A stretch of DNA of 64,000 nucleotides from Macrostomum lignano (Eukaryota): positions 23,878 through 87,877 of the forward strand of contig NIVC01002952.1 of NCBI GenBank assembly GCA_002269645.1, read 5' to 3'. How positions within the stretch are numbered: the stretch's first letter is position 1; each line of letters begins with the position of its first letter. The notes below the pieces were generated by a model, which saw nothing but the letters and a program-made list of their open reading frames with translations, made no database searches and was not told the origin of the DNA. The position numbers and the translations under genes were made by a program. Below are positions 12,199 through 33,020 of this stretch, piece after piece.

Positions 12199-13242
12199 AT
12201 GACAGGCCTTCCCGACCACTCAGCCGGCCAGTTGTTGCCAGCGGACTCAGCCGACCCACCGCCAGCCCCAGCCGGCCACGTGAAGCGGCCAATGAACCCG
12301 TTTATGGTTTGGGCCAAACTGCGACGGAAAGCCATCGCTAAAGAGAATCCCAAGATGCACAACTCTGAGATCAGTAGGAAGCTGGGCGAAGAATGGAAAA
12401 CAATGCCGGATGATGAGAAGAAAGGCTACATAGACGAGGCAAACAGACTCAAGGATGAGCACAAGAGAGCGAATCCCGGCTATAAGTACAAGCCGAAGTC
12501 GAAGAAACGCGCCGCAGGCGCAGCCTCTACTGGAGCCGCAGCGCCCGCTGGCCAACAGCAGAAACCGCAGCAAAAATCCAAAGCGCAACAGAAGCAAAAG
12601 CAGCAGTCGATGACGCCAGAAGATCACCTGAGCGTGCAGCACCAGCAGCAGCAGTTGTACCACGCCTATCCAGACAATAACAATGCAGCCGTCTCGGGGT
12701 ACCCAGCCAACCAGCAGTTGCTAGGCCAGCACCATCAGCAGAGTCTGCAACAACAGTTGAATCTGCTATCTAGCGCTCATCAGCATCACCAGATTAGTGG
12801 CTATCAAATGCTCCTAGCGCCTGAGCAGCAGCAGCAGCAGCCTCAGAATCTGTACTCTCCATATGTTGATCCGCATCACATGCAGTCGGCTCTTCTGTTG
12901 CAGCAGCAGCAGCAGCAGCACTATCACCAGCAGCATTATGACCAACAGTCTGCTTTTTCTAACTTGGACTCCTCGGCAACTCTGGACATGCAGCAGCAGC
13001 CGCAGCATCAAATGTACAGCGGATTGACCGCTGCTTATGCTGCTGACCCGTCCATTTACCTGCAGTCTCTGCAGCAGCAGCAGCAATCTGCTGGCATGGC
13101 CGAGCAGATCCCTGTGCCATCCAATCACTCGTCTAGCGCCTACTCAGGCGATTACGATGTGTTGGCGAACGGCGGCGGCGGCGGTGGTGGCAGCGCCGGG
13201 AGCGACGAGCAGCGGCAGACAGTGCCGCTGACCCTCATCTGA
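12199..13242 (+). CDS. soxB1: Intronless SoxB1-type HMG-box transcription factor, 347 aa, with a poly-Q/H transactivation region
   Basis: HMG box [12 protein letters not shown]...[11 protein letters not shown] ([10 protein letters not shown] is the SoxB signature). The C-terminal TVPLTLI matches the SoxB1 TVPLTHI/TLPLSHM motif. Single exon. Confidence 0.9.
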   Translation: [347 protein letters not shown]

Positions 13243-14132
13243 GATTGGAATTTCCCCTTTCTCCTTTGTTTTCCTTTTAGCAGCTTGTTTCCTTTATTTG
13301 TTTGTTTGCTTTATTCACTTTGCTCCGTCCGTCAGTAAAAGACAGTTTTTACTAAGATTTTTATTTGCTAACATAGTTTTTGTGCTTGTAACGACAGCTG
13401 CCTTAATTTCGTGTTTTGTTTTTGTCTGTTTTATTTTTTTTTTGGTTTTCCTCAAGTGCTACTCTCGTTTTCTAACAGTTGAGCGTTAACGCCATGACAG
13501 AATCGTGCGTCGATTTATTGTACATAGATTTACGCTGTTGGTGTCCATTATTTTGAATCAATACGTCCTTGCCTTGACTTGTGCTTTTGTTATCAGTTTT
13601 TGTAAGTTTTTTTCGTTGTTTTGTGTCTTTTGAAGTATGAAGCTGGCTTGGCTTTCTAGCTAACATTTATCTTCAACTTTAGCCGCTGGTGTGGAAAATT
13701 CCTAACTCGAAATATTGTTAGCGAACTTATTGCCTAGTAGAGACATAAAATGGAAACTAGCTAGGCCAGTCTCAGTAGTTTCCTACCTCCCTCACTCCAC
13801 ATTGAGTAGGTTAGGTTGTTGCAAAAGCAGCAAATAACTGAAAGCATAGAAGACCCCCCGAGGTAGTGATAGAAAGCTTTTCTTTAGAGTTGAGTTTGAT
13901 GCATAAATTCTTGGAACAAGTTTGAGCTCGAATTTTAAGTCTGCGAGCGGCTAAACTCTCATGCACAGAGACTGCACCGCCCACCCCCACCCCGACACCG
14001 GCTGGCTGAGAGTGGAGCAGAAGTTTTAGTTTGTAAAGTTTATAGTTGCAGTCGCGCTATCATCATTTATTAGCCTAACTGACTGAGCCAGATGACCAGC
14101 TTTATATGGGGAATTTGGTGTGCTTTCTAACC

Positions 14133-15154
14133 CAGCGGTTCGGCCAACTTTTTTTACCTCAAGGGCTAGATGGAGAAACTAGCGCATGACTGCGGGCCAA
14201 AGGGGGAGAGGAGAGGCGAAGTAATAAAGGAGAAAATATTGGATGAGAGAGGAGGGAAGACAGAGAAAGAGAGGTGAGAAGAGGAGAGCGGAGAGTCGAG
14301 AGAGGAGAGGAGAGAAGAGACTAGAGAAGAGAGGAGACAAGAGGAGATAGACGAGAGAGAAGAAGAGAGAAGAGAGGATAGGAGGGGGAGGGGAGAGAGA
14401 AGAGACGAGAGGATAGGATAGGAGAGAAAAGAGGCGAGAGGATAGGAGAGAGAAGAGGCGAGAGGATAGGAGAGAGAAGAGGCGAGAGGATAGGAGAGAG
14501 AAGAGGCGAGAGGATAGGAGAGAGAAGAGGCGAGAGGATAGGAGAGAGAAGAGGCGAGAGGATAGGAGAGAGAAGAGGCGAGAGGATAGGAGAGAGAAGA
14601 GGCGAGAGGATAGGAGAGAGAAGAGGCGAGAGGATAGGAGAGAGAAGAGGCTAGAGGATAGGAGAGAGAAGAGGCGAGAGGATAGGAGAGAGAAGAGGCG
14701 AGAGGATAGGAGAGAGAAGAGGCGAGAGGATAGGAGAGAGAAGAGGCGAGAGGATAGGAGAGAGAAGAGGCGAGAGGATAGGAGAGAGAAGAGGCGAGAG
14801 GATAGGAGAGAGAAGAGGCGAGAGGATAGGAGAGAGAAGAGGCGAGAGGATAGGAGAGAGAAGAGGCGAGAGGATAGGAGAGAGAAGAGGCGAGAGGATA
14901 GGAGAGAGAAGAGGCGAGAGGATAGGAGAGAGAAGAGGCGAGAGGATAGGAGAGAGAAGAGGCGAGAGGATAGGAGAGAGAAGAGGCGAGATGATAGGAG
15001 AGAGAAGAGACGAGAGGGAATTAGAGAGAAGAGAGGGGAGAGAGAAAAGGAGAGTAGAGAGTAGACAGCTGAGAAGAGACCCGGGCCTTCAGCAGACCGA
15101 ATTGCTATTGTAAAGTTTCAAAAGGAGCCAAGGGCCGGAGTTTGCCGACCCCTG
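14133..15154 (+). mobile_element. hAT-like non-autonomous element carrying a polypurine satellite
   Basis: Ends cagcggttcggccaac / gtttgccgacccctg; the same family occurs at 15700-16298 (-) and 18466 (+); no TSD recognised. Confidence 0.6.
14420..15010. repeat. 24-bp polypurine minisatellite (gagaggataggagagagaagaggc), about 24 copies
   Basis: Direct reading; near-perfect units. Confidence 0.95.
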
Positions 15155-15699
15155 CTACCAGAGTTCAGAAAAGTTAAAATATCTATACGCATCAAAATAG
15201 AAACTTTAATATTAGTATGGTTAGTAAATTAGCTGCTACCTTGCCTGTACTATCATGGCTTTCTTATCAGTATTTTGTTGTTAGGCTTTGCACCAATATA
15301 TATTATACTACTGCCAATGGTTAGAATCTAACAAATTAACTAATTAGCCAACCATCTACGCCTTATAGTTTATGTCAGTCCAGTTTAACAACGCAAACTG
15401 ATAAGCATTAAATTTTTTCATAATATCTGCATCTTGCTACTTTCATCGACCTGATGAATATTTTTACTCTTTTTACTCTACATGTAGTCATTTTTTTCCA
15501 TTTTCGCAACGATGTTTTATAATAGCTTGGACTAAAGATTTTCTTCTTTGCCTTCGTTTGCCATTCAGCCAGTCTTGTTTAAATCGAATTTCTCCACAGT
15601 TTCGTATTTACACTTTTGTCTAAGTTGCTCAGCTGTATAATAATGCCGCCCTCTGCTTGCATCCTCTGGTTCACTTCAACGTTCAATTATTCTGTTATA

Positions 15700-16298
15700 T
15701 TCATCTCCTCTCTCCCCTCTCGCCTCTCCCATCTCCTCCCATCTCCCATCTCTCCCCTCATTTCCTCTCGTCTTCCTTCTCCTCTCATCTCCCCTCTCTC
15801 CCCTAATCTCTTCTCGTCTCCCCTCTCTCTCCGCTCCTCTCATCTCCCCTCTCTCCCCTCATCTCTTCTCGTCTCCCCCCTCTCTCCTCATTTCCTCTTG
15901 TCTCCCTTCTCCTCTCATCTCCCCTTTCTCCCCTCATCTCATCTCTTCTCGTCTCCCCTCTCTCTCCGCTCCTCTTATCTCCCCTCTCTCCCCTCATTTC
16001 TTCTTATCTCCCATCTCTCCCCTCTCTTCTCATCTCCCATCTCTTCCCTCATCTCCTCTCGTCTCCCCTCTCTCTCCGCTCCTCTTATCTCCCTTCTCTC
16101 CCCTCATTTCTTCTTATCTCTCCCCTCTCCCCTCATCTCTCGTCTCCATTCTCTCCTCTCTCATCTCATCTCTTCTCATCTCCTTTCCTCTCCCTTCTCC
16201 CCTCATCTCTCTTCTGTCTTCTCTTCTCTCTGAGCCGCAGTCATGCGCTACAATCTATATCTGGCTTATGATTTAAAAAAAAAGTTTTCCGCCCCCTG
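15700..16298 (-). mobile_element. Inverted partial copy of the same hAT-like element with a degenerate CT tract
   Basis: gccgcagtcatgcgcta (about 16236-16252) is the reverse complement of tagcgcatgactgcgg (about 14181); the terminus is ttttccgccccctg. Confidence 0.6.
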
Positions 16299-17321
16299 CT
16301 GTAAATAGACCGGGCTTGTTTTTCCTTCAGAGTTTTATTTAGCCAAAAAGTGGTGTTTTCTGCCTTAAAGTTGGAGGAACGCCTTGAATCTCAGACTGTT
16401 AAAATTTCGAATTGTTTTGTTTTTTGCTCAATGTGAAACTTGCCTCAACTTGATAATATTGCCTTAATCATGAATTATTAATATTTATTTCCAATGCTAT
16501 CTGTAGATTTTGTTATTCGTTTCCTCTGTGGCTTCTGTGAGGCCTTTCCTCTTGACTCCACTGTCTCTGCTTTGCTGGTAAAATAATCGCCATATAACTC
16601 GTATGTTTAAAGTTGAAAGTCAAGTCATCAATAATAAGACAGATATAAATGCTGACTAAGGCTTTGCCACATTCCGTACATTCCCAGTCCATAATATATC
16701 CAATATAATTTTTATAATTGCCATTCTTGCAGTTGCGAGTCTGCAACTGTTGACAAATATTTTGAAAATGAAACAACAGCACTGGTTTTTTGTCTCGTTG
16801 AGTCATTAATGTTGTTTATTATATAAGATGAAGCAGCCGCACCTACTGACAAGCAATTGTGTCTTGCCCCTCCCTGGCCTGGGGTTGGGCTGATTAATGA
16901 ACATTTTGCTGGCTTTATTGCGAGGCGCTCCATGGCCAATCAGCGGCTTGAAAAGTTTGTTACCTTGGCCACCAACTTTTCGAACGTGAGGTTGGGTGAG
17001 GTGAGCTTACTCACTCAGACTAATGTTTAGCATCTTGCCCGTATTGCCCTGTCAGCTGGAGCCTTGGAGACGGTAATTGGCCCAACCCCCCCGCATTTGC
17101 TCGGGGGGGGGGAGAGGTGCCAAGGCAAGCAAAGGGGGCTTGGATGGCAGCTGCAGGTTTTGTGTCTGTTTTATTGCAAACTGTTGAATCGCCTCTCGGA
17201 CTCACTCGGTGTCAAGACTGTGGGCGGAGGGAGGGAGGGGGTTGCGGGCCTCGGTGCTGCTTTTGCCGAGAGACGAGCTCTTGCAGACAGCGGAGCAGAC
17301 AGACTATAAGCGCAGGCTTTT

Positions 17322-17328
17322 TATAAAA
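17322..17328 (+). promoter_or_regulatory. TATA box of the calmodulin gene
   Basis: TATAAAA about 100 nt upstream of the ATG at 17422. Confidence 0.55.
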
Positions 17329-17409
17329 GCTGCTCGACCCGATGCAGTCTGTGTGACCACCGCCTCTCGCAAACAAAACTGCAAACACACAGCCTTACGC
17401 CCCCAGTAA

Positions 17410-18121
<712 letters not shown>

Positions 18122-18465
18122 ACTCGATCTATCGTGTCGTCCGCCATATCATCGCGCCCGAAAATGAACTAAAAAACTTGACATTTTTGTGCTATATATA
18201 AAATCTTTAAATTCTGTTTGCTGTACCAGATAATCCTGTTTTCCTAATCAATAAATTGCGTTTTGGCAGCCTTGACCCGCTTCTAATCTACTAATATCTT
18301 TAATAATTATAATATATCGATTGTTCCAATAAACATAAAATAGCCACAATTGACTGAATTGCGTCTTATCTAAATTCAGGCATATTGAGTTCAACGCTGA
18401 TTTCATATACACATTCCTGATGTATTAAATGTATATTAATTTATACAACGTAGTTTCTAGTGATA

Positions 18466-18670
18466 CAGGGGTCGGCAAAATTTTTACCTTAAGGGCCAGA
18501 TTAAGAATCTACGCTCGTAGCTCGTGGCTGGGGGGGCAGATAAGAGCGGAAACGAGAAGGAATACTGGGAGAGGAGAGAAGATGAGATGAGGTGTGGATG
18601 GAATGAGAGAGAGAGGAGATGAGAAGATAGGGATGAGGGAATAGAGAAGAGGGGAGAGAATAGATCTCCA
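18466..18670 (+). mobile_element. Truncated hAT-like MITE (CAGGGGTCGGCAAA) between the two calmodulin-type last exons
   Basis: The terminus and GA-rich body match the 14133 family. Confidence 0.55.
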
Positions 18671-18918
18671 TAGCCATTGTGTCAAAAGGACCCGAGGGCC
18701 CAATAGATAAAATGACCTATAGTTTCCCGATCCTGGGTACAATGCTACCAGTATTTCAATACATGCAGCTTTGATGTACGCTCCTGCACTGGTTGCATTA
18801 CTATAAGTAGCATGGAAGAGAAGGGGTGTGCACAATTAAGCCTACAGTATTAGGTGTATCGACAATAAAATTCATGCCAATAACACACTACTTTGCCATT
18901 CAATAAACCAAACAAAAG

Positions 18919-19218
18919 GAGTACATCGAAGAGATCGACTCCGAGCTGACTGGTGTACTCGAGCTCAACACATTCATGACGCTCATGGCCGAGAAGATGA
19001 AGCCCCGCGACACTGAAGAGGCCATCATCGAGGCGTTCCGCGTGTTCGACAAGCAGAACAGCGGCATGGTGTCGGCCTCCGAGCTGCGCAACCAGCTAAC
19101 TCAACTCGGAGAGCGACTCACAGACGAAGAGGTCGACGCGTTGATTAAAGAGGCCGACTGCGACGGGGAGGGCCAGATCCGGTACGAGGACTTTGTCCGG
19201 TCTATTATCAACCAATAG
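18919..19218 (+). CDS. Calmodulin-like terminal exon (99 aa, EF2-EF4, degenerate loops) with no exon 1 of its own; candidate alternative last exon of CaM
   Basis: AAG| then [49 protein letters not shown]...[20 protein letters not shown]. It is exactly 300 nt, phase 0, and colinear with CaM exon 2. Confidence 0.85.
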   Translation, partial: EYIEEIDSELTGVLELNTFMTLMAEKMKPRDTEEAIIEAFRVFDKQNSGMVSASELRNQLTQLGERLTDEEVDALIKEADCDGEGQIRYEDFVRSIINQ

Positions 19219-20420
19219 CAGCAGCGCGGACTTCGACTCAATGTGGCTGACTTTTGTATTCGTTTTATTTACTTTTCATTTTTTGTAAATACCAATGCTA
19301 AACTTTTGTGTTGAACTTGTATTGGACTGTAAAATTTCTACCACCAGCTTATACATGTACAAGTTAAGCAGAGTTGACCGTGGTTAGTATATCTAGTACG
19401 TATATATAGCTGAATAGGCTGCTTGCGACATTCTCAAGTCACAATTGAAGATAGGGATAGGGATGAGCCAGGGTGCTCACAACCCTCTGGCGAATATTTG
19501 TTATTTAATTTTTCATTCATGATCTACATGTAAACTTAACCACAGAACCTAACTGTTAATCTACTCGCTCAGATAATAGTAAAAATGAATAGTCTATGGC
19601 CATGCCAAGGACTTCTCAATAACTAGGGACAGGAAACTACAAAAGTTGGAGGCCGATCTATTTAATTCAGCGAATCCACAGGCAGGCATACTGTGCTAAT
19701 GATTTTATTGGACTAATTAAAAATTTATGACTAAGTTACAGACTCGCCTATTATCTTATCTGATTGTCTGCCAGCCAGATTATTTATTCTTTCATCCTCC
19801 AGAAGATCAACTAAATTTGTAGCTTTACAATCTTAACATACTACTAGCTAGCAAACTGAAAAACAGCCAAGTTTATAATAAAATAATAGGTAACAAAAGC
19901 CTGAAAGACAACGGAAACAGATACAAAGAGTTGGCAGGGACACGCGTGGTTAAAACAGTCAAATTAATTTGGCTAAATAAAATGCATTTTTATTCTGATT
20001 TATTTATTAGCAGAAATTATTAGCTAGAAAAATGATGTTAAAAACTGAGGAAAAACACTAACAAAACTGCTTTATAATAATTCTATCAGCTAAATTAGCA
20101 GCTTTGTCAAGTACTTTACAAGTAAAGCTAAATAGCTGTTTCAAACGAAACACTCAAATGCACATTCGTTCTAAACAAATAAATTGTAATAAATACATGA
20201 GACAGATTAAAAAACAAAACGCTTTGATTGTTACTAAGAGAAATGATAGTAGTATAATGAAACTTGATTAATGAATAAGCTGTTCAGAGCAAAACAATTT
20301 TAAGTATTGGTAATGCAGGTAATTGCAATTGTTGGCACCCAGACAATTTGCATTAGCCATGCAGATTCAAAGCTGTTAGCATAATTAATTCGAAATAAAT
20401 ACGGGTGTAGAAAAACTTTC

Positions 20421-20850
20421 GATGGGTTTGATTAGATCTATCAACTCTCAGGTATAGATGGGTTTGATTAGATCTATCAACTCTCAGGTATAGATGGGTT
20501 TGATTAGATCTATCAACTCTCAGGTATAGATGGGTTTGATTAGATCTATCAACTCTCAGGTATAGATGGGTTTGATTAGATCTATCAACTCTCAGGTATA
20601 GATGGGTTTGATTAGATCTATCAACTCTCAGGTATAGATGGGTTTGATTAGATCTATCAACTCTCAGGTATAGATGGGTTTGATTAGATCTATCAATTCT
20701 CAGTATAGATGGGTTTGCTTAGATCTATCAACTCTCAGTATAGATGGGTTTGATTAGATCTATCAACTCTCAGGTATAGATGGGTTTGATTAGATCTATC
20801 AATTCTCAGTATAGATGGGTTTGCTTAGATCTATCAACTCTCAGGTATAA
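20421..20850. repeat. 36-bp minisatellite (gatgggtttgattagatctatcaactctcaggtata), about 12 copies
   Basis: Direct reading. Confidence 0.95.
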
Positions 20851-21270
20851 ATGAAATTGATTAGATTAGATCTACCAACACTCTTGTGGTATAGATGAGT
20901 TTGAACAGAATTGATTTGATTAACACTGCATCAACAAAAGTATGAAAGTGCAGTCTGATTACCAGACTACGATATTGAGCGGACGCAATGGCAATAAACG
21001 CAAAATCATCAATCACATGCCAAAACATGCTGTAAAAACAGACTAAGAAACCGAAAGATGACACAAACAAAAGGATGGCAATAGCTGTCATAGCAGTTTG
21101 AATGAAAGGAGCAGCAAGATTTTTATAGGCAAACAAAAAACAACACTAAAAAACGCGAAATAACTATACTTCAGTCCAACGTAAATAAAGCTGGGCTAAA
21201 TCTCTAAAAAATCAGAAGAAACGCTTTTTTGGATATCTAGCTCACCAGCTTAGCATGCCCAGGATGCCCC

Positions 21271-21879
21271 AAACTTCACAAAGCTGAAATATTAAAGCTC
21301 AAACTTCACAAAGCCCAAAATTCACCAAGCTTAAAATTACAAAGCCCAGACTTCACAAAGCCCAAACTTCACAAAGCCCAAACTTCACAAAGTTCAAACT
21401 TCACAAAGCTCAAACTTCACAAAGCTTAAAATTACAAAGCCCAGACTTCACAAAGCTCAAACTTCACAAAGCCCAAACTTCACAAAGCCCAAACTTCACA
21501 AAGCCCAAACTTCACAAAGTTTAAACTTCACAAAGCCCAAACTTCACAAATCCCAAACTTCACAAATCCCAAACTTCACAAAGCCCAAACTTCACAAAGC
21601 TCAAACTTCACAAAGCCCAAACTTCACAAAGCCCAAACTTCACAAAGCTCAAACTTCACAAAGCCCAAACTTCACAAATCCCAAACTTCACAAAGCTCAA
21701 ACTTCACAAAGCCCAAACTTCACAAAGCCCAAACTTCACAAAGCCCAAACTTCACAAATTCCAAACTTCATTAAGCCCAAACTTCACCAAGCTCAAACTT
21801 CACAAAGCCCAAACTTCACCAAGCCCAAACTTCTCAAATCCCAGACTTCACAAATCCCAAAATTCACCAAGCCCAAACT
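21271..21879. repeat. 16-bp minisatellite (aaagcccaaacttcac), more than 30 copies
   Basis: Direct reading. Confidence 0.95.
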
Positions 21880-22008
21880 TGGTAACCTACTCCCAGATTA
21901 AGTTCATTTTTTTCACAAAATTTTTACTTTCTCAAGAGGCTACAAAAACCAGTGAGTTGAAGCAGAAAAACACAAGAGAGACTTCTTCCGTAGACGACCT
22001 GGCAAGCG

Positions 22009-30111
<8,103 letters not shown>

Positions 30112-30267
30112 TCTTATCTCGACAAGGACTGGCCTGCTTTGCTAGAAGTACGCTGCAGATGGTGCCACTTTGAGCGGCCACAATTTTCAGGCTGAAACAG
30201 TTTGTACGCACAAGAATTATTTTATGATAAAGATTAAGGATAAAGAACTAGGTTGTAGAAGTGATCT

Positions 30268-32055
30268 GTGTACGTAGAGGGAAGGGGTAGGGCAGGAGCT
30301 ATGTACATAAGGGGAAGGGGTAGGGCAGGAGCTGTGTACATAGGGGGAAGGGGTAGGGCAGGAGCTGTGTACATAAGGGGATGGGGTAGGGCAGGAGCTG
30401 TGTACGTAGAGGGAAGGGGTAGGGCAGGAGCTGTGTACATAAGGGGAAGGGGTAGGGCAGGAGCTGTGTACATAAGGGGAAGGGGTAGGGCAGGAGCTGT
30501 GTACATAAGGGGAAGGGGTAGGGCAGGAGCTATGTACATAAGGGAAAAGGGTAGGGCAGGAGCTGTGTACATAGGGGGAAGGGGTAGGGCAGGAGCTATG
30601 TACATAAGGGGAAGGGGTAGGGCAGGAGCTGTGTACATAAGGGGAAGGGGTAGGGCAGGATCTGTGTACATAGGGGGAAGGGGTAGGGCAGGATCTGTGT
30701 ACATAAGGGGATGGGGTTTGGCAGGATCTGTGTACATAAGGGAAAAGGGTAGGGCAGGAGCTGTGTACATAGAGGGAAGGGGTAGGGCAGGAGCTGTGTA
30801 CATAAGGGGAAGGGGTAGGGCAGGAGCTGTGTACATAGGGGGAAGGGGTAGGGCAGGATCTGTGTACATAGGGGGAAGGGGTAGGGCAGGATCTGTGTAC
30901 ATAAGGGGATGGGGTTTGGCAGGATCTGTGTACATAAGGGAAAAGGGTAGGGCAGGAGCTGTGTACATAGAGGGAAGGGGTAGGGCAGGAGCTGTGTACA
31001 TAAGGGGAAGGGGTAGGGCAGGATCTGTGTACATAGGGGGAAGGGGTAGGGCAGGAGCTGTGTACATAAGGGGATGGGGTTTGGCAGGAGCTGTGTACAT
31101 AGGGGGAAGGGGTAGGGCAGGAGCTGTGTACATAAGGGGAAGGGGTAGGGCAGGATCTGTGTACATAAGGGAAAAGGGTAGGGCAGGAGCTGTGTACATA
31201 AGGGGATGGGGTTTGGCAGGATCTGTGTACATAAGGGAAAAGGGTAGGGCAGGAGCTGTGTACATAAGGGGATGGGGTTTGGCAGGATCTGTGTACATAA
31301 GGGAAAAGGGTAGGGCAGGAGCTGTGTACATAGGGGGAAGGGGTAGGGCAGGAGCTGTGTACATAAAGGGATGGGGTTGGGCAGGAGCTGTGTACATAAG
31401 GGGATGGGGTTTGGCAGGATCTGTGTACATAAGGGAAAAGGGTAGGGCAGGATCTGTGTACATAAGGGAAAAGGGTAGGGCAGGAGCTGTGTACATAGGG
31501 GGAAGGGGTACGGCAGGAGCTGTGTACATAAAGGGATGGGGTTGGGCAGGAGCTGTGTACATAAGGGGAAGGGGTAGGGCAGGAGCTGTGTACATAAGGG
31601 AAAAGGGTAGGGCAGGAGCTGTGTACATAGGGGGAAGGGGTAGGGCAGGAGCTGTGTACATAAGGGGATGGGATTTGGCAGGATCTGTGTACATAAGGGA
31701 AAAGGGTAGGGCAGGAGCTGTGTACATAGGGGGAAGGGGTAGGGCAGGAGCTGTGTACATAAAGGGATGGGGTTGGGCAGGATCTGTTTACATAAGGGAA
31801 AAGGGTAGGGCAGGAGCTGTGTACATAGGGGGAGGGGTAGGGCAGGAGCTGTGTACATAAGGGGATGGGGTTGGGCAGGATCTGTTTACATAAGGGAAAA
31901 GGGTAGGGCAGGAGCTGTGTACATAGGGGGGAGGGGTAGGGCAGGAGCTGTGTACATAAGGGGATGGGGTTGGGCAGGATCTGTGTACATAAGGGGATGG
32001 GGTTGGGCAGGAGTGTGTACATAGGGGGAAGGGGTAGGGCAGGAGCTGTGTACAT
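30268..32055. repeat. 33-bp G-rich minisatellite (tgtgtacataaggggaaggggtagggcaggagc), about 54 copies, with variant units
   Basis: Direct reading; unit length divisible by 3 explains the 420-660 aa pseudo-ORFs. Confidence 0.97.
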
Positions 32056-33020
32056 AATGGTAACGGATAGCAGGAAAGAGCTGTGCGACATGGGGGGGAG
32101 GGGTTGGGCAGGAGCTGTGTTAATGGTAGGGTTTATAGGGTTGGCCAAGATTTGTGTAAATAAATAAATAAAAAATTGGCTGATAGCTTCTAAAAACATT
32201 GCACCATTTTTTATTGCATTATTATTTAGCTAGTAAAATCTATAATACTTATAATACATGTAAACTAGTACAGTAGTAAAGTTTTAGTTGTAACGGAAGC
32301 AGAATTAGTAAACTTAATTGACATTGTTTGGAAAAGTTTACCTTTGCAAAAGGCATGCAATTATCAGATGATAATTAGAAAAATTGCTAATAACAATTGA
32401 CTAGCTATAAATAAGCAAAAAGATTTTCGCAAAATAGCAATACAATCATTTAAATAGAAAAAACATGTTCACAGCCAACTAGCAAATATTGTATTTCGGT
32501 GTAAGTAGTAATAATAGAGTATGTTTTCAATCACAATATCACAATCTTGGGATTAGGGATTGTGATTATGGACTATAATTTCAACTTAAGCACATAAAAA
32601 GGAGTCCCCGATTATCCCTTTGCTTGTTCTCCCTCATCCAAATTCCAATTTTCTTCGCTTATCTGCCAAACCCAGCTTCTTAGTGACACTGTGAGCAAAA
32701 TAATGCAACATCTTTATACATAGGTTACCCAGGCTTCACTTTATGAGCTCAAGTGTTGACATGTCCTTTGTTGCTGGAATTAAGAATTGCTTTCAGTGTG
32801 TCTGGACTGTTTTTAAAACTCTAGTGGGAATTCAACTTTGATATAAATAATCTCTCATTTCTTTAATAACAACTGCTTTTGTTAGTTGCTAAATGATTAC
32901 AATCGGAACCAAATGTAGTAAAGTTATGTAAGCAGAACTTAGAAATTCTTAACTTGCTTGTCATTTAACTAGAGAGCAGAGCCTGAAACAACTATCTTTG
33001 CTGTCAGTCTGGGGGAAAGA

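Noticed and set aside
9930-15470. CTGATGA motifs (about 9938, 10186, 15452) as hammerhead ribozyme cores
   Set aside because: None is followed by a stem II and GAAA or flanked by stems I and III.
15616-16233. 205-aa Ser/Pro/Leu-rich ORF
   Set aside because: Translation of a CT-rich tract inside a transposon remnant.
20421-20850. 36-bp direct repeats (also the 34- and 71-bp arrays) as possible CRISPR arrays
   Set aside because: The units are head-to-tail with no unique spacers, there are no cas genes, and the context is eukaryotic.
30217-32199. Four ORFs of 420-660 aa (PYVHSSCPT, MYTAPALP, RGRGRAGAVYI repeats), superficially extensin- or RG-rich proteins
   Set aside because: All are translations of one 33-bp minisatellite open in several frames on both strands; there is no unique coding sequence or splice context.
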